A stretch of DNA of 64,000 nt from a bacterium. Lineage in GTDB: Bacteria > UBA8248 > JACPRG01 > G963555815. The notes beneath the pieces are model-generated. The model was given only the letters and a program-made list of their open reading frames with translations, was not told the origin of the DNA and made no database searches. The stretch covers positions 4,160,001-4,224,000 of the forward strand of contig OZ244653.1 in assembly GCA_965218795.1 (NCBI GenBank). Direction: 5' to 3'. Positions 1 through 10,897 of the stretch are shown here, piece after piece; the stretch's first letter is position 1, and each line of letters starts with the position of its first letter. Position numbers and translations under genes: made by a program.

Positions 1-8
1 TCGGAAAG

Positions 9-2690
9 TTGACGGACGGCGCAGGTCAGGAACCGGACGCGGGAAAACTCGATTCAGCCGAGCTTCACGACTGGCTGGAATCTTTGAACTACGTTCTTCA
101 AAACGGGGGACCGGAGCCCGTCAAGCACCTCCTCAGCGAGCTCTACCTTCACGCCTATGAGCGCGGCGTCCGGCTTCCCTTCTCCGCCAATACCCCTTAC
201 ATCAATACCATCCCCTTGGAAGAACAGCCGCCGTTTCCCGGGAACCGAGAGCTCGAGCGCCGCATCAAGAGCCTCATCCGGTGGAACGCGATGGCCATGG
301 TCGTCCGCGCCAATCGACACGAAGACGGCATCGGCGGACATATCTCGACGTATGCCTCCTGCGCAACCTTGCTGGAAGTCGGCTTCAACCATTTCTTCAG
401 GGGGAAGGGCGTAAATCACGACGGCGATCAGGTCTTCTTTCAGGGCCATGCTTCGCCGGGCGTCTACGCTCGCGCCTTCCTCGAAGGCCGGCTGTCCATG
501 CAGGAGTTGGAGAACTTCCGGCGCGAGCTCAAGCCCGAGGGCGGCCTGTCTTCCTATCCGCACCCTCGTCTGATGCCCGGATTCTGGGAATTCCCCACCG
601 TATCCATGGGTCTTGCGCCCATCAGCGCCATCTATCAGGCCCGGTTCAACCGTTATCTGGAAGACCGGGGCCTCAAGGAGGATACCGGCTCCAAGGTCTG
701 GGCCTTCCTGGGCGACGGCGAGATGGACGAGCCCGAGGCCCTGGGCGCCATCTCCCTGGCCGCCCGCGCGAGGCTCGACAACCTCATCTTCGTCATCAAC
801 TGCAACCTCCAGCGGCTCGACGGTCCGGTCCGCGGCAACGGCAAGATCATCCAGGAGCTGGAGAGGGCTTTCCGGGGAACCGGCTGGAACGTCATCAAGG
901 TCCTTTGGGGCGACGACTGGGACCCCCTCTTCGGCAAGGACCAGGACGGCCTGCTGGCCAGGCGGCTGGAAGAAGTCGTCGACGGCTGGTCGCAGAACTA
1001 CACGGTCAAGGACGGCGCCTTCATTCGTCAGCATCTCTTCGGCGCGGATGAGCGCCTGCTCGACATGGTGAAAGACCTGTCGGACGAGGAGATCCGAAGG
1101 ATGCGCCGCGGGGGACACGACCCCGAGAAGGTCTATGCCGCCTATCGAGCGGCGGTCGAGCACACGGGTTCGCCCACCGTCATCCTGGCGCGCACAATCA
1201 AGGGCTACGGTCTCGGCGAGAGCGGTGAAGGGAAGAACATCACGCATCAGCAGAAGAAGATGAACGAGAGCGAGCTTCGCGAATTTCGCGCGCGGTTCGC
1301 CATCCCTATCTCCGACAGCGAGTTCGGGGATGCGCCCTTCTACCGTCCGCCCGACGACAGTCCCGAAATCCTGTACCTGAAGGAAAGACGGGAGAAACTG
1401 GGCGGGTTCGTGCCGTCGCGGGTCGTCCAGTGCGGGCCGATCGAGCCGCCGGCCGAGGCGGTGTTCGACGAGTTCTACGAGGGCACCGCGGGCCGCGGCG
1501 TGGCAACGACCATGGCCTTCGTCCGGATCCTGTCGAAACTTTTGAAGGACCCGGAGCTCGGGAAGCTCATCGTCCCCATCGTCCCCGATGAGGCCCGGAC
1601 CTTCGGCATGGAATCGCTGTTCCGCCAGGTGGGGATCTATTCCCACGTCGGCCAGCGCTACGAGCCCGTGGACGCCGACAGCCTGCTCTACTACAAGGAG
1701 GCGACCGACGGCCAGATCCTGGAAGAAGGGATCACCGAAGCCGGTTCCATGGCCTCCTTCATCGCGGCGGGAACGGCCTACGCCACCCACGGCGTCAACA
1801 CCATCCCCTTCTACATCTACTACTCCATGTTCGGCTTCCAGCGGATCGGAGACCTGATCTGGGCGGCCGCCGATATGGGATGCCGGGGCTTCCTGGTGGG
1901 CGGCACCGCGGGCCGGACCACCCTAGCCGGCGAGGGGCTCCAGCACCAGGACGGCCACAGCCATCTCCTGGCCTATTCCGTCCCGAACTTGTGCGCCTAC
2001 GATGTGGCCTGCGCTTACGAGCTGGCCGTCATCATCCGGGACGGCATCCGGCGCATGTACCACGACCAGGAGGAAATCTTCTACTACCTGACCGTGGAGA
2101 ACGAGGCCTATCCCATGCCGGCCATGCCGGGCGACGTGCGGGAGGGCATCCTGAAGGGGATGTACAAGTTCAGCGCCTCGGGAAACGACAAGGCGAAACA
2201 TCGGGCCCAGCTCTTCGGATCGGGAGCCATTCTGAACGAGGTGAGCAAGGCCCAGCGCATCCTGGAAGAACAATACGATGTGGCGGCCGACGTATGGAGC
2301 GTGACCAGCTACAAGGAGCTTCGGCGGGACGCGATGAACGCCGAGCGGTGGAATCTGCTCCATCCGGGCGAAACGCCGCGTGTGCCGTTTGTCACGGAGG
2401 TTCTCCGGGAGGAGCCGGGAGTTTTCGTCGCCGCCTCGGATTACGTCAAGACGCTTCCGGATTCCATCGCCCGCTGGGCGCCGCGGCCTATCCACTCTCT
2501 CGGCACCGACGGATTCGGACTCAGCGAGAGCCGGGCTTCCCTGCGCGACCACTTTGAAGTAGACGCCCGGTACATCACGCTGGCTGCCCTCAACGGGCTC
2601 ATGCAGGAAGGCGAGGTAGAGCCATCGGTCGTCCAGAAGGCCATCCGGGACCTGGATATCTCCACGGACAAACGGAATCCGATGGTGTAG
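9..2690 (+). CDS. aceE: Pyruvate dehydrogenase E1 component (homodimeric AceE type)
   Basis: 893-aa ORF; GGHISTYAS, FPTVSMGL, GDGEMDEPE TPP motif, GEGLQHQDG; upstream of E2 and E3; TTG start uncertain. Confidence 0.97.
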   Translation: MTDGAGQEPDAGKLDSAELHDWLESLNYVLQNGGPEPVKHLLSELYLHAYERGVRLPFSANTPYINTIPLEEQPPFPGNRELERRIKSLIRWNAMAMVVRANRHEDGIGGHISTYASCATLLEVGFNHFFRGKGVNHDGDQVFFQGHASPGVYARAFLEGRLSMQELENFRRELKPEGGLSSYPHPRLMPGFWEFPTVSMGLAPISAIYQARFNRYLEDRGLKEDTGSKVWAFLGDGEMDEPEALGAISLAARARLDNLIFVINCNLQRLDGPVRGNGKIIQELERAFRGTGWNVIKVLWGDDWDPLFGKDQDGLLARRLEEVVDGWSQNYTVKDGAFIRQHLFGADERLLDMVKDLSDEEIRRMRRGGHDPEKVYAAYRAAVEHTGSPTVILARTIKGYGLGESGEGKNITHQQKKMNESELREFRARFAIPISDSEFGDAPFYRPPDDSPEILYLKERREKLGGFVPSRVVQCGPIEPPAEAVFDEFYEGTAGRGVATTMAFVRILSKLLKDPELGKLIVPIVPDEARTFGMESLFRQVGIYSHVGQRYEPVDADSLLYYKEATDGQILEEGITEAGSMASFIAAGTAYATHGVNTIPFYIYYSMFGFQRIGDLIWAAADMGCRGFLVGGTAGRTTLAGEGLQHQDGHSHLLAYSVPNLCAYDVACAYELAVIIRDGIRRMYHDQEEIFYYLTVENEAYPMPAMPGDVREGILKGMYKFSASGNDKAKHRAQLFGSGAILNEVSKAQRILEEQYDVAADVWSVTSYKELRRDAMNAERWNLLHPGETPRVPFVTEVLREEPGVFVAASDYVKTLPDSIARWAPRPIHSLGTDGFGLSESRASLRDHFEVDARYITLAALNGLMQEGEVEPSVVQKAIRDLDISTDKRNPMV

Positions 2691-2872
2691 CCGGCCTGTC
2701 CGGGGGATAACAGGGACGCTGAAGGGACGGTCGTTCGCCAATGTGCGTCCATGCGCCGGGATTCGACGTTCTTGGAGACCTCCGGTCAGGCGGCGAATTC
2801 AATTTCGAGCGAGAATGGCATACAATGAACGGGATATCCCACTTCATTTGAGACGAAGACTCCATAAACGCT

Positions 2873-4111
2873 ATGGTGACTGAATTCAAGCTGCCGGCGC
2901 TCGGCGAAAACATCGAATCCGGCGACATCATCAAGGTCCTCGTTTCTCCCGGCGACAAGGTCGATAAAGACCAGGCAGTCCTCGAACTCGAGACCGACAA
3001 GGCCGCCATCGAGGTGCCTTCGAGCGTGGCGGGCGTCGTGAGCGCCGTTCACGTCAAAAAAGGCGAGAAGGCCTCGGTGGGGCAGGTGATCTTTTCCGTC
3101 GAGCCCGGCGGCGCCGGCGCGGAGTCCCCTCCCGAGCCCTTGGAGGAAGAACCCCCGCCCAAAGTGGAAGAGCCGGTCCCCGAGCCGCAACCGCCGCCGA
3201 AAGCGGAACCCGCCCCCGCGGACAGGCCCTCGGCTCCGGCGACGCCGTCCGTGCGCCGCCTGGCGCGGGAGATCGGCGTCGACCTGGGCGGCGTAAGAGG
3301 GACCGGCAAGGCCGGGCGCATCACGGCCGACGACGTCAAGGCGCACGCGAAATCCATTCTCCAGGGCGGAGGTCCCGGCGCGGCGCCGCTGCCGGACTTC
3401 AGCAAGTGGGGACCCATCGAGCGCAAGCCCATGACGAACGTCCGGCGGGCCACGGCGGAGCACGTCTCCCGCGCCTGGACGACGAGCCCCCACGTGACCC
3501 AGTGCGACAAGGCCGACATCACCGAGCTGGACAAGCTCCGCAAGCGTTACGGCAAGAAGGCCGAGGCGGCCGGCGGCAAGATGACCGTCACGGCCATCCT
3601 GTTGAAGCTGCTCGCCTCCGCGCTGAAGGTGTTTCCCGAATTCAACGCCAGTGTTGACGCGGCCGCGGCCGAAATTGTGTACAAGCAGTATTTTCATATC
3701 GGCGTCGCCGTGGATACCGAGCGGGGTCTGCTTGTCCCGGTCATCCGTGACGTCGACCGGAAGAATATCATCGAGCTCTCCGCCGAGCTCGGCGGGATGT
3801 CCGCGAAGGCGCGCGATGGCAAGCTTTCCCTGGACGAGATGCAGGGCGGCTCGATGACCATCACCAACCTGGGCGGGATCGGCGGGACGTATTTCACGCC
3901 CATCATCAACTACCCTGAGGTCGCTATCCTGGGCGTCGCCCGGGGGGCCGTCGAGCCGGTCTATGTGGATGGGGCGTTCCAGCCGCGCACGATGCTTCCG
4001 CTCTCGCTCTCCTATGACCACCGGGTGATCGACGGGGCCGGCGCCGCCCGGTTCCTTCGGTGGCTGGCCGAGGCGATCGAGAACCCATTCCTGATCACCC
4101 TGGAAGGCTGA
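2873..4111 (+). CDS. aceF: Dihydrolipoamide acetyltransferase E2, single lipoyl domain
   Basis: ETDKA lipoyl motif, Pro/Glu-rich linker, ATPSVRRLARE E3-binding domain, DHRVIDG catalytic motif. Confidence 0.95.
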   Translation: MVTEFKLPALGENIESGDIIKVLVSPGDKVDKDQAVLELETDKAAIEVPSSVAGVVSAVHVKKGEKASVGQVIFSVEPGGAGAESPPEPLEEEPPPKVEEPVPEPQPPPKAEPAPADRPSAPATPSVRRLAREIGVDLGGVRGTGKAGRITADDVKAHAKSILQGGGPGAAPLPDFSKWGPIERKPMTNVRRATAEHVSRAWTTSPHVTQCDKADITELDKLRKRYGKKAEAAGGKMTVTAILLKLLASALKVFPEFNASVDAAAAEIVYKQYFHIGVAVDTERGLLVPVIRDVDRKNIIELSAELGGMSAKARDGKLSLDEMQGGSMTITNLGGIGGTYFTPIINYPEVAILGVARGAVEPVYVDGAFQPRTMLPLSLSYDHRVIDGAGAARFLRWLAEAIENPFLITLEG

Positions 4112-4117
4112 TCCCCC

Positions 4118-5539
4118 ATGGCCAACGGAAACGGCTCCATGGACGTCGCCGTGCTCGGCGGCGGTCCGGGGGGCTACGCCGCGGCGTTTATGGCCGCCGA
4201 CCTGGGCAGGCAGGTCGCACTCATAGACCTGGAGGAAAACCCCGGAGGCGTGTGCCTGTACCGGGGCTGTATGCCCTCCAAGGTCCTTCTGCACCTCGCC
4301 AGGCTGATTCACGAATCGCGCGAGGCAGAGGTCTGCGGTATCACCTTCGGCGCGCCTGCAATCGACCTCGACAAGATGCGGGCCTGGAAGGACAGCGTGG
4401 TGGCCAAGCTGACCTCCGGGACGGGACAGCTCTCAAAGGCCCGCGGCGTTCGGTACGTCCGGGGCCGGGGAAGGTTCGAGAACGCAAAGCAGATCCGGGT
4501 CGAGCTCGAGGCGGGCGGCGAGGAGGTCATTTCTTTCGGACACGCCGTCGTGGCTACCGGCTCGCGGCCCGCGGCGCCCGCCCTCAAGTCCGGCCTCGTG
4601 ATGGATTCGACCTCGGCGCTGGCGCTGGAGGACATCCCCGGCACCCTGCTGGTGGTCGGCGGCGGCTACATCGGGCTGGAGATCGGCAGCGTGTACGCCG
4701 CGCTCGGCTCCAAGGTCACCGTCGTTGAGATGACCTCCGGGCTGCTGCCCGGAACGGACCGCGACCTGGTCAACATCCTCGCCAAGCGGCTCGGGGGGGT
4801 GATGGAGGAAATCCTGCTGAACACCCGCGTGGCCGAGATGGAGGAGGCCGGCGGCGGCCTCCGGGTAAGGCTGGAAGGGGAAAAGGTCGAAAACCCGGAG
4901 CGCACGTTCGACCGGGCGCTGGTCTCGGTCGGCCGGGTGCCCAATACTGCGGACCTGGGTTTGGAGAACACGAAAGTCGAGGTCGGAGAGGACGGGTTCA
5001 TCGTGACGGACGTCCAGCGGCGGACCGCAGAGCCGTCCGTCTTCGCCGTCGGCGACGTGGCGGGCGATCCGATGCTCGCCCACAAAGCGACCCGCGAGGG
5101 CCGGGTGGCGGCCGAGGTGATCGCGGGCCAGAAGGCGGCCTTCGAGCCCAACGCCATTCCCGCGGTGGTCTTCACCGATCCGGAGATTGCCTGGTGCGGC
5201 CTGACGGAAACACAGGCCAAGGCGGATCGGATCCCCGTCAAGGCGGTGCGATTTCCGTGGGCGGCCTCCGGGCGCGCCCAGACCCTGGGCCTGAACGACG
5301 GCGTGACGAAACTGTTAATCGACCCGGAGACCGAGCGGGTCCTGGGCGTCGGAATCTGCGGGACCGGCGCGGGGGAGCTGATCGCCGAGGGGGTGCTCGC
5401 GGTGGAGATGGCCGCCCTGGCCTCCGACGTGTCCCTGAGCATCCACCCGCATCCGACGCTCTCGGAGACGCTCATGGAGGCGGCGGATACCCTGTTCGGC
5501 ACCAGCACGCACATCTACCGCCCGAAGCGGGGAAAGTAA
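4118..5539 (+). CDS. lpdA: Dihydrolipoyl dehydrogenase E3
   Basis: GGGPGG FAD motif, GGVCLYRGCMPSK redox disulfide, HPHPTLSE. Confidence 0.96.
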   Translation: MANGNGSMDVAVLGGGPGGYAAAFMAADLGRQVALIDLEENPGGVCLYRGCMPSKVLLHLARLIHESREAEVCGITFGAPAIDLDKMRAWKDSVVAKLTSGTGQLSKARGVRYVRGRGRFENAKQIRVELEAGGEEVISFGHAVVATGSRPAAPALKSGLVMDSTSALALEDIPGTLLVVGGGYIGLEIGSVYAALGSKVTVVEMTSGLLPGTDRDLVNILAKRLGGVMEEILLNTRVAEMEEAGGGLRVRLEGEKVENPERTFDRALVSVGRVPNTADLGLENTKVEVGEDGFIVTDVQRRTAEPSVFAVGDVAGDPMLAHKATREGRVAAEVIAGQKAAFEPNAIPAVVFTDPEIAWCGLTETQAKADRIPVKAVRFPWAASGRAQTLGLNDGVTKLLIDPETERVLGVGICGTGAGELIAEGVLAVEMAALASDVSLSIHPHPTLSETLMEAADTLFGTSTHIYRPKRGK

Positions 5540-5686
5540 TCCCGGCTCGACTGGACGCGGTTTCGCAGGGACCGCGAGGCCGGATCGTCAACCTTCTCAT
5601 TTTGGAGCCTTTTCCCGCTGGTGTAGAATAAGAGTGTTTGTAAAAGAATCCCCCTGTCCGGCCCCAACCCTTGGAGAGCGATCCCA

Positions 5687-6352
5687 ATGAAATTTTTCCT
5701 GGATACGGCGGACGTTGAAGAGATTCGGGAAGGCGTTGACCTGGGCGTCATCGACGGGGTGACGACCAACCCCAGCCTGATCGCCCGCCAGGGCAAGGAC
5801 TATCAGAAGGCTCTGGAGGAAGTCTGCGAGATCTGCAAGGGGCCCGTGAGCGCTGAGGTGCTGAGCGAGGATTTCGAGGGGATGCTCGTGGAGGGACGCG
5901 ATCTATCCAGCATTGCCGAGAACATCGTCGTCAAGGTTCCGCTGGGGGCCAACGGGATCAAGGCCACCTGCAGGTTCAGCGAAGAGGGCATCCCCGTCAA
6001 CGTCACGCTCTGTTTCTCGCCCACCCAGGCCCTCTTGGCGGCCAAGGCGGGGGCGAGTTACATCAGCCCCTTCGTCGGCCGGCTGGACGACATCAGCACG
6101 CCGGGGATGACCCTGGTGGAGGATATTGGCGCCATTTACGAGAATTACGGACTCGAGACGGAGGTTCTGGTGGCCAGTATACGCGGTCCGGTGCACGTCC
6201 TTCAGGCCGCTTTGGCGGGAGCTGATGTAGCAACCATGCCGTTCGCCGTCCTGAAGCAGATGCTCCAGCATCCGCTTACGGACAAGGGATTGAAAAAATT
6301 CCTGGCCGATTGGGAGGCGGCGAATCGAAACTTCATGACGGAGAAACAATAG
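5687..6352 (+). CDS. tal: Transaldolase / fructose-6-phosphate aldolase family
   Basis: [19 protein letters not shown] Schiff-base Lys, [11 protein letters not shown]. Confidence 0.92.
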   Translation: MKFFLDTADVEEIREGVDLGVIDGVTTNPSLIARQGKDYQKALEEVCEICKGPVSAEVLSEDFEGMLVEGRDLSSIAENIVVKVPLGANGIKATCRFSEEGIPVNVTLCFSPTQALLAAKAGASYISPFVGRLDDISTPGMTLVEDIGAIYENYGLETEVLVASIRGPVHVLQAALAGADVATMPFAVLKQMLQHPLTDKGLKKFLADWEAANRNFMTEKQ

Positions 6353-6361
6353 GAAACGACG

Positions 6362-6598
6362 ATGCCCATCTATGAATACGTCTGTTCCAAGTGTGACGCC
6401 GAGTTCGAGAGGCTGACCCTCGGCTCGGCTGAAAACAGGAAGAATGAAGTGGACTGCCCGTTCTGCGGAGCGGCCGAGGTCTCCAAGAAGTTTTCCAGCT
6501 TCGCCGTGAAGTCCGACTACGTTCCCATCTCCGCCGCGGCCGGCAAGCCGGCGGGGGGAGGAGGGGGCTGTTGCGGAGGCTTTTGCGGCTGTAAGTGA
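6362..6598 (+). CDS. FmdB-family zinc-ribbon protein
   Basis: MPIYEYVCSKC...CPFCG and Gly/Cys-rich tail GGCCGGFCGC. Confidence 0.88.
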   Translation: MPIYEYVCSKCDAEFERLTLGSAENRKNEVDCPFCGAAEVSKKFSSFAVKSDYVPISAAAGKPAGGGGGCCGGFCGCK

Positions 6599-6647
6599 TG
6601 TCTTTCAGAGAGGGCCGGGCCCTATGCGCCCGGCCGGTCGGACCCCA

Positions 6648-6689
6648 GCCCGAGGGGTGGGCGGAAGCCATCCCGCGGGCTTTTCTTTT
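6648..6689 (+). terminator. Putative intrinsic terminator
   Basis: gcccgaggggtgg / ccatcccgcgggc imperfect stem followed by ttttctttt. Confidence 0.55.
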
Positions 6690-6700
6690 CGACGCCCCTT

Positions 6701-7630
6701 ATGACGCCATCCGCAGGCAACGTCGTCGAGGCCAGAGACCTCGTCAAGCGATTCGGTCCGTTGACCGCCGTTGACGGAATCCGCTTCGACGTGAGGGAGA
6801 AGGAATGCTTCGGCTTCCTCGGGCCCAACGGCGCGGGGAAGACCTCGACGATGAAGATGATTTACTGCGCCTCGCCCGTCACGGGAGGGTCGCTGCGCGT
6901 CCTGGGGATGGACGTGGGGACCTCGGCCCGAAGGATCAAGTCGCGGCTGGGTGTTGTCCCCCAAGAGAACAACCTGGACCCGGATTTGCCCGTGCGCCGC
7001 AACCTGATCACCTACGCCCGGTACTTCGGCCTCCCTGCGAAGGAGGCCGGGGAAAGGGCGGACCGGCTGCTCAGCGATCTGGATCTGGCCGGGCGGGCCG
7101 GCGACAAGGTGGACGTCCTGTCCGGCGGGATGAAGAGGCGGCTGCTCATCGCCCGCGGACTGATCAACCGGCCGGACCTCCTGATTCTGGACGAGCCCAC
7201 GACGGGTCTGGACCCGCAGGGCCGCCACCTCATCTGGCAGCGCCTCCGCCGGCTCAAGCGCGAGGGGGTCACCCTTCTGCTCACTACGCACTACATGGAT
7301 GAGGCGGCGCAGCTCTGCGACCGAATCGTCGTGATCGACCGGGGCAAGGTGCTGATCGATGGAAAACCCGCCGAGCTCGTCGAGCGTGAGGTCGGCCGGG
7401 AGGTCGTGGAGCTTCGGTTGGAGGAGGGGGAGGAGGCGCGGGCGCTCGCTCTCGTTTCGGGCAACCCCTTCAAAGCCGAGCGGGCGGGGGACACGCTTTA
7501 CCTCTACACCGACCGGGCCATCGAGATCATGGGGCGCCTGAAGGAGGCCGGTTACCGGCACCTGCACTACCGGCCGGCTTCGCTGGAAGACCTCTTTTTG
7601 AAACTGACGGGAAGGGAGCTGCGGGATTGA
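6701..7630 (+). CDS. ABC exporter ATP-binding protein (NodI/DrrA-like)
   Basis: Walker A GPNGAGKT, LSGGM signature, ILDEPT, TTHYMDEA. Confidence 0.93.
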   Translation: MTPSAGNVVEARDLVKRFGPLTAVDGIRFDVREKECFGFLGPNGAGKTSTMKMIYCASPVTGGSLRVLGMDVGTSARRIKSRLGVVPQENNLDPDLPVRRNLITYARYFGLPAKEAGERADRLLSDLDLAGRAGDKVDVLSGGMKRRLLIARGLINRPDLLILDEPTTGLDPQGRHLIWQRLRRLKREGVTLLLTTHYMDEAAQLCDRIVVIDRGKVLIDGKPAELVEREVGREVVELRLEEGEEARALALVSGNPFKAERAGDTLYLYTDRAIEIMGRLKEAGYRHLHYRPASLEDLFLKLTGRELRD

Positions 7631-8409
7631 ACGGGTTGTCGATCATCCCCGACGTCTCGGCGGGGTTTCTCCGCGTTTGGCGGCGGAACCTGGACTCCTT
7701 TCGCGGCTACTACCTGGCCGCTATGGTGGCCAACGTGGGCGAGCACCTGATCTATCTTTTGGGCATGGGTCTCGGTGTGGGGGCCTACGTCACGCTGGGC
7801 GGAAGCGTCTCCTATCTCCAGTACATCGCTCCGGGCCTGGTGGCGTCCTCGGCCATGTGGTCCTCATCGATGGAATGCACGTACGGCGCCTTCACCCGGA
7901 TGCACGAGCAAAAGACCTACGACGCCGTCCTGGCCACGCCGTGCTCGGTTGCGGACGTCGTCCTGGGCGACATCCTGTGGGGCGGATGCAGGGCCGTCAT
8001 GAGCGCTTTCACGATGCTGCTCGTCATGGCCGTCTTCGGCGTGATCGGCTCCCCCTGGGCGTCGGGTGTCCTCGTCCTGATGTTCCTGACAGGGCTGGTG
8101 TTTTCGTCCCTGGGCATGATGGCCACGTCGCTTTCGCCGTCGTATTTCTTCTTCAATTATCACTTCACCATCGTGGTCACGCCGATGATCTTTCTGTCCG
8201 GAATCTTTTTCCCCCGCGAGGGGGCCGGCGCGGCGTTCGAATGGATCACGTGGTTCCTGCCCCTCAGTCACTCGGTGGCGGGCGCCCGCGCTCTGAACGA
8301 GGGCCGCGTCCTTTGGGAGGCCCCCGCGGCCGTCCTGTGGTTGGCCGTCGCCGCCGCGATCCTGATTCCCATCGCGGTGCTCATGATCCGAAGGCGGATC
8401 GTCAAATGA
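7627..8409 (+). CDS. ABC-2 type permease (NodJ-like)
   Basis: Hydrophobic 260 aa; YLQYIAPGL, FLSGIFFP; 4-bp overlap with the ATPase gene. Confidence 0.9.
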   Translation: MNGLSIIPDVSAGFLRVWRRNLDSFRGYYLAAMVANVGEHLIYLLGMGLGVGAYVTLGGSVSYLQYIAPGLVASSAMWSSSMECTYGAFTRMHEQKTYDAVLATPCSVADVVLGDILWGGCRAVMSAFTMLLVMAVFGVIGSPWASGVLVLMFLTGLVFSSLGMMATSLSPSYFFFNYHFTIVVTPMIFLSGIFFPREGAGAAFEWITWFLPLSHSVAGARALNEGRVLWEAPAAVLWLAVAAAILIPIAVLMIRRRIVK

Positions 8410-9323
8410 CGGATGCGACCCGTTCCCATTGGCGGCCCGGGGTTCCGCTCGACCTGGGCGCGACGGTTGGACGGTTTACCGTCTCGGCCGACGAGCCCGT
8501 CAATCGGTTCGACGGGGAGACCTTTGAGCGGGTTCTGGAAGCGGAGGGCGGGAAGCTGTACGTGCTGCGGGTTCGTGCGGCCGGGTCCGCGTTGCGCGTG
8601 GAGGTCCGTCCACCGGTCCGGGATCGGCGGACCCTCGCCGGGTTCAGGAAAACCCTGTTCCATATCCTGGGCGTAGGGGACGACCTGGCGGCCTTCGGAC
8701 GGCTCGCCAGGAAGGACCCGGTCCTCCGGCCCCTCCTCCGCAGGTTTCACGGCCTGCGCATTGCGCGCGTGCCCACGCTGTTTGAGGCCCTGGTCACGGC
8801 CGTGACCGCACAGCAGATCAACCTTGCCTTCGCCGGTACAGTCCGTGCCCGGATGGTGCGCGCATTCGGGCGATCGATCAAAATGGAGGGAACGGCCCGT
8901 TACGATTTTCCCGCGCCGAAGGCCTTGGCCCGGGCATCGGAGGCCGGCCTGCGGCGGATGCAGTTCAGCGGCGCGAAGGCGCGGACGGTCATCGGTTTAG
9001 CCCGTGCGTTCGCCGACGGCGAAATGGACGGTATCGACGCCCTGCCGACCCTCGAGGCGATCGAGCGGCTGACCGCGTTCAAGGGCGTTGGGCGGTGGAC
9101 GGCCGAGACGGGGCTGCTGCGGGGGTTGGGCCGCCTGGACGCCTTTCCCGCCGACGATCTGGCGATCCGCAAGCTCATCGCGGAGCGTTACGGGGGGGAT
9201 TCGGCTCAGGCCAAGACCCCCAAGGCCCAGGGAGAAGCGGCGCGCCGGATCGCCGAGCGCTGGGGGCTCTTCGCGCCCTATGCGGTGACGTACCTCTTCC
9301 ACGCGCAGCGGGCGGGGTTTTGA
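8406..9323 (+). CDS. alkA: DNA-3-methyladenine glycosylase II (AlkA, HhH-GPD family)
   Basis: ATG at 8406 overlapping the permease stop; FEALVTAVTAQQI, HhH KGVGRWTAE, FPADD. Confidence 0.88.
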   Translation: MTDATRSHWRPGVPLDLGATVGRFTVSADEPVNRFDGETFERVLEAEGGKLYVLRVRAAGSALRVEVRPPVRDRRTLAGFRKTLFHILGVGDDLAAFGRLARKDPVLRPLLRRFHGLRIARVPTLFEALVTAVTAQQINLAFAGTVRARMVRAFGRSIKMEGTARYDFPAPKALARASEAGLRRMQFSGAKARTVIGLARAFADGEMDGIDALPTLEAIERLTAFKGVGRWTAETGLLRGLGRLDAFPADDLAIRKLIAERYGGDSAQAKTPKAQGEAARRIAERWGLFAPYAVTYLFHAQRAGF

Positions 9324-9430
9324 TTCCGACTCCAGTCTGAACGAGGGCGGGACAGGCCTTTTGCTTTTCCGGTCATTCCTCCAGGAAGAGTGATCCGAAT
9401 CGAATTCGAGAGAGACGTCATGAGGCCGTC

Positions 9431-10594
9431 ATGCTGATCCGTGAGGAAATGGAAAGCCGGGAGGCGGAGCACCTGGCGCGGTACGCCGTCCATTCGGGGA
9501 GAACCCGCGGGCGGACCTACGCCGAGGAGGAGCACCCGTTCCGCACGGCCTTTCAGCGCGACCGGGACCGCATCGTCCACTCTCGCGCCTTCCGGCGGCT
9601 GGAATACAAGACCCAGGTCTTCGTCTACCACGAGGGGGATCACTACCGCACCCGGCTGACCCACACCCTTGAGGCGGCCTCGGTGGCCCGGGCCGTCTCC
9701 CGCGCCCTCCGGCTGAACGAGGACTTGGCCGAGGCGATCGCCCTGGCCCACGACCTGGGCCACCCGCCCTTCGGGCATTCGGGCGAGACCGTTCTCGACC
9801 GGCTGATGAGGGACCACGGGGGTTTCGAGCACAACCTCCAGGGGCTGCGGGTCGTGGAGAAGCTGGAGGACCGCTATCCCGACTTCCCGGGACTGAACCT
9901 GACGTGGGAGACGCGGGAAGGCATCATGAAGCACAACACCCCGTACGACAACCCGCAGGTTCGTGAGCGTTATCAGGAGCTGGAGCCCGACCTGGCTCCC
10001 AGCCTGGAGGCTCGGATCGCCGACCTCTCCGACGAGATTGCCTACAACAATCACGACATTGACGACGGCCTCTCCTCGGAGCTTCTGCATCTGGAGGACC
10101 TGGCGGACGTGGATCTGTGGCGGGAGAATTTCGATCGCATTCGGGAGCGGTCTCCCAAATCCTCAATGCGCGTACTCAAGCACCAGACCATCCGCAGCAT
10201 CATCAACGTGCTCGTAACCGACGTCGTGGATTACGCCGAGCGGCGTATCGGAGGGATGGGCATCGAAACGCTGAAGGACGTCCGGGGGTGCCGCGAGGAA
10301 GTCGTCTGCTACAGCCCCGAAGTGGCGGAAAAGAGCAAACAGCTCAAGGAATTCCTGTACCGCAGGATGTACCGGAACTACCGGGTCGTCCGGATGGAAG
10401 ACAAGACCGAGCGCATCCTCACCGACCTGTTTCACGCCTACCTGAACCGGCAAGAGCAGCTTCCCACCCACATCTATCAGAAGTGCAAGACGGAGACGCC
10501 CGAGCGGGTCGTCTGCGACTATATCGCCGGCATGACCGACCGCTTCGCCCAGGACGAGCACCGCAAGCTCTTCGACCCCCACGCCCGGGTGTGA
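9431..10594 (+). CDS. dgt: Deoxyguanosinetriphosphate triphosphohydrolase (HD domain)
   Basis: FQRDRDRIVHS, RTRLTH, HDLGHPPFGH, DYIAGMTD. Confidence 0.95.
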   Translation: MLIREEMESREAEHLARYAVHSGRTRGRTYAEEEHPFRTAFQRDRDRIVHSRAFRRLEYKTQVFVYHEGDHYRTRLTHTLEAASVARAVSRALRLNEDLAEAIALAHDLGHPPFGHSGETVLDRLMRDHGGFEHNLQGLRVVEKLEDRYPDFPGLNLTWETREGIMKHNTPYDNPQVRERYQELEPDLAPSLEARIADLSDEIAYNNHDIDDGLSSELLHLEDLADVDLWRENFDRIRERSPKSSMRVLKHQTIRSIINVLVTDVVDYAERRIGGMGIETLKDVRGCREEVVCYSPEVAEKSKQLKEFLYRRMYRNYRVVRMEDKTERILTDLFHAYLNRQEQLPTHIYQKCKTETPERVVCDYIAGMTDRFAQDEHRKLFDPHARV

Positions 10595-10897
10595 CGCAGG
10601 ATCGGGCTCGGAGGCGGATCCGGTGGAAGGGAGGCCCCCGCGGGTGGAGCCACCGGCATCTTTCGAGACGAGGACAACCATGGCGAAACTCATCACCGGG
10701 CGACCTGGGATCAATAGCCGAACAGGCCCTGATTCATTGGCTTGAAAGCATGATTCAATCAAGGGACCGTGAATCGAAGGTACATTGGAGTCTCCTGAAT
10801 GCGCACGGGAACTCCAACGCGCCAGGCCGGGCCGCTTGAAAGCCGCGTTCAGCCTTGACGGCGGGAATGGACCGAAATACGGTCGGGAGGCAGCTCG

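Noticed and set aside
2704-2715. GGGATAACAGGG, matching the core of the I-SceI site
   Set aside because: Only 12 of 18 nt match and there is no vector or intron context; chance.
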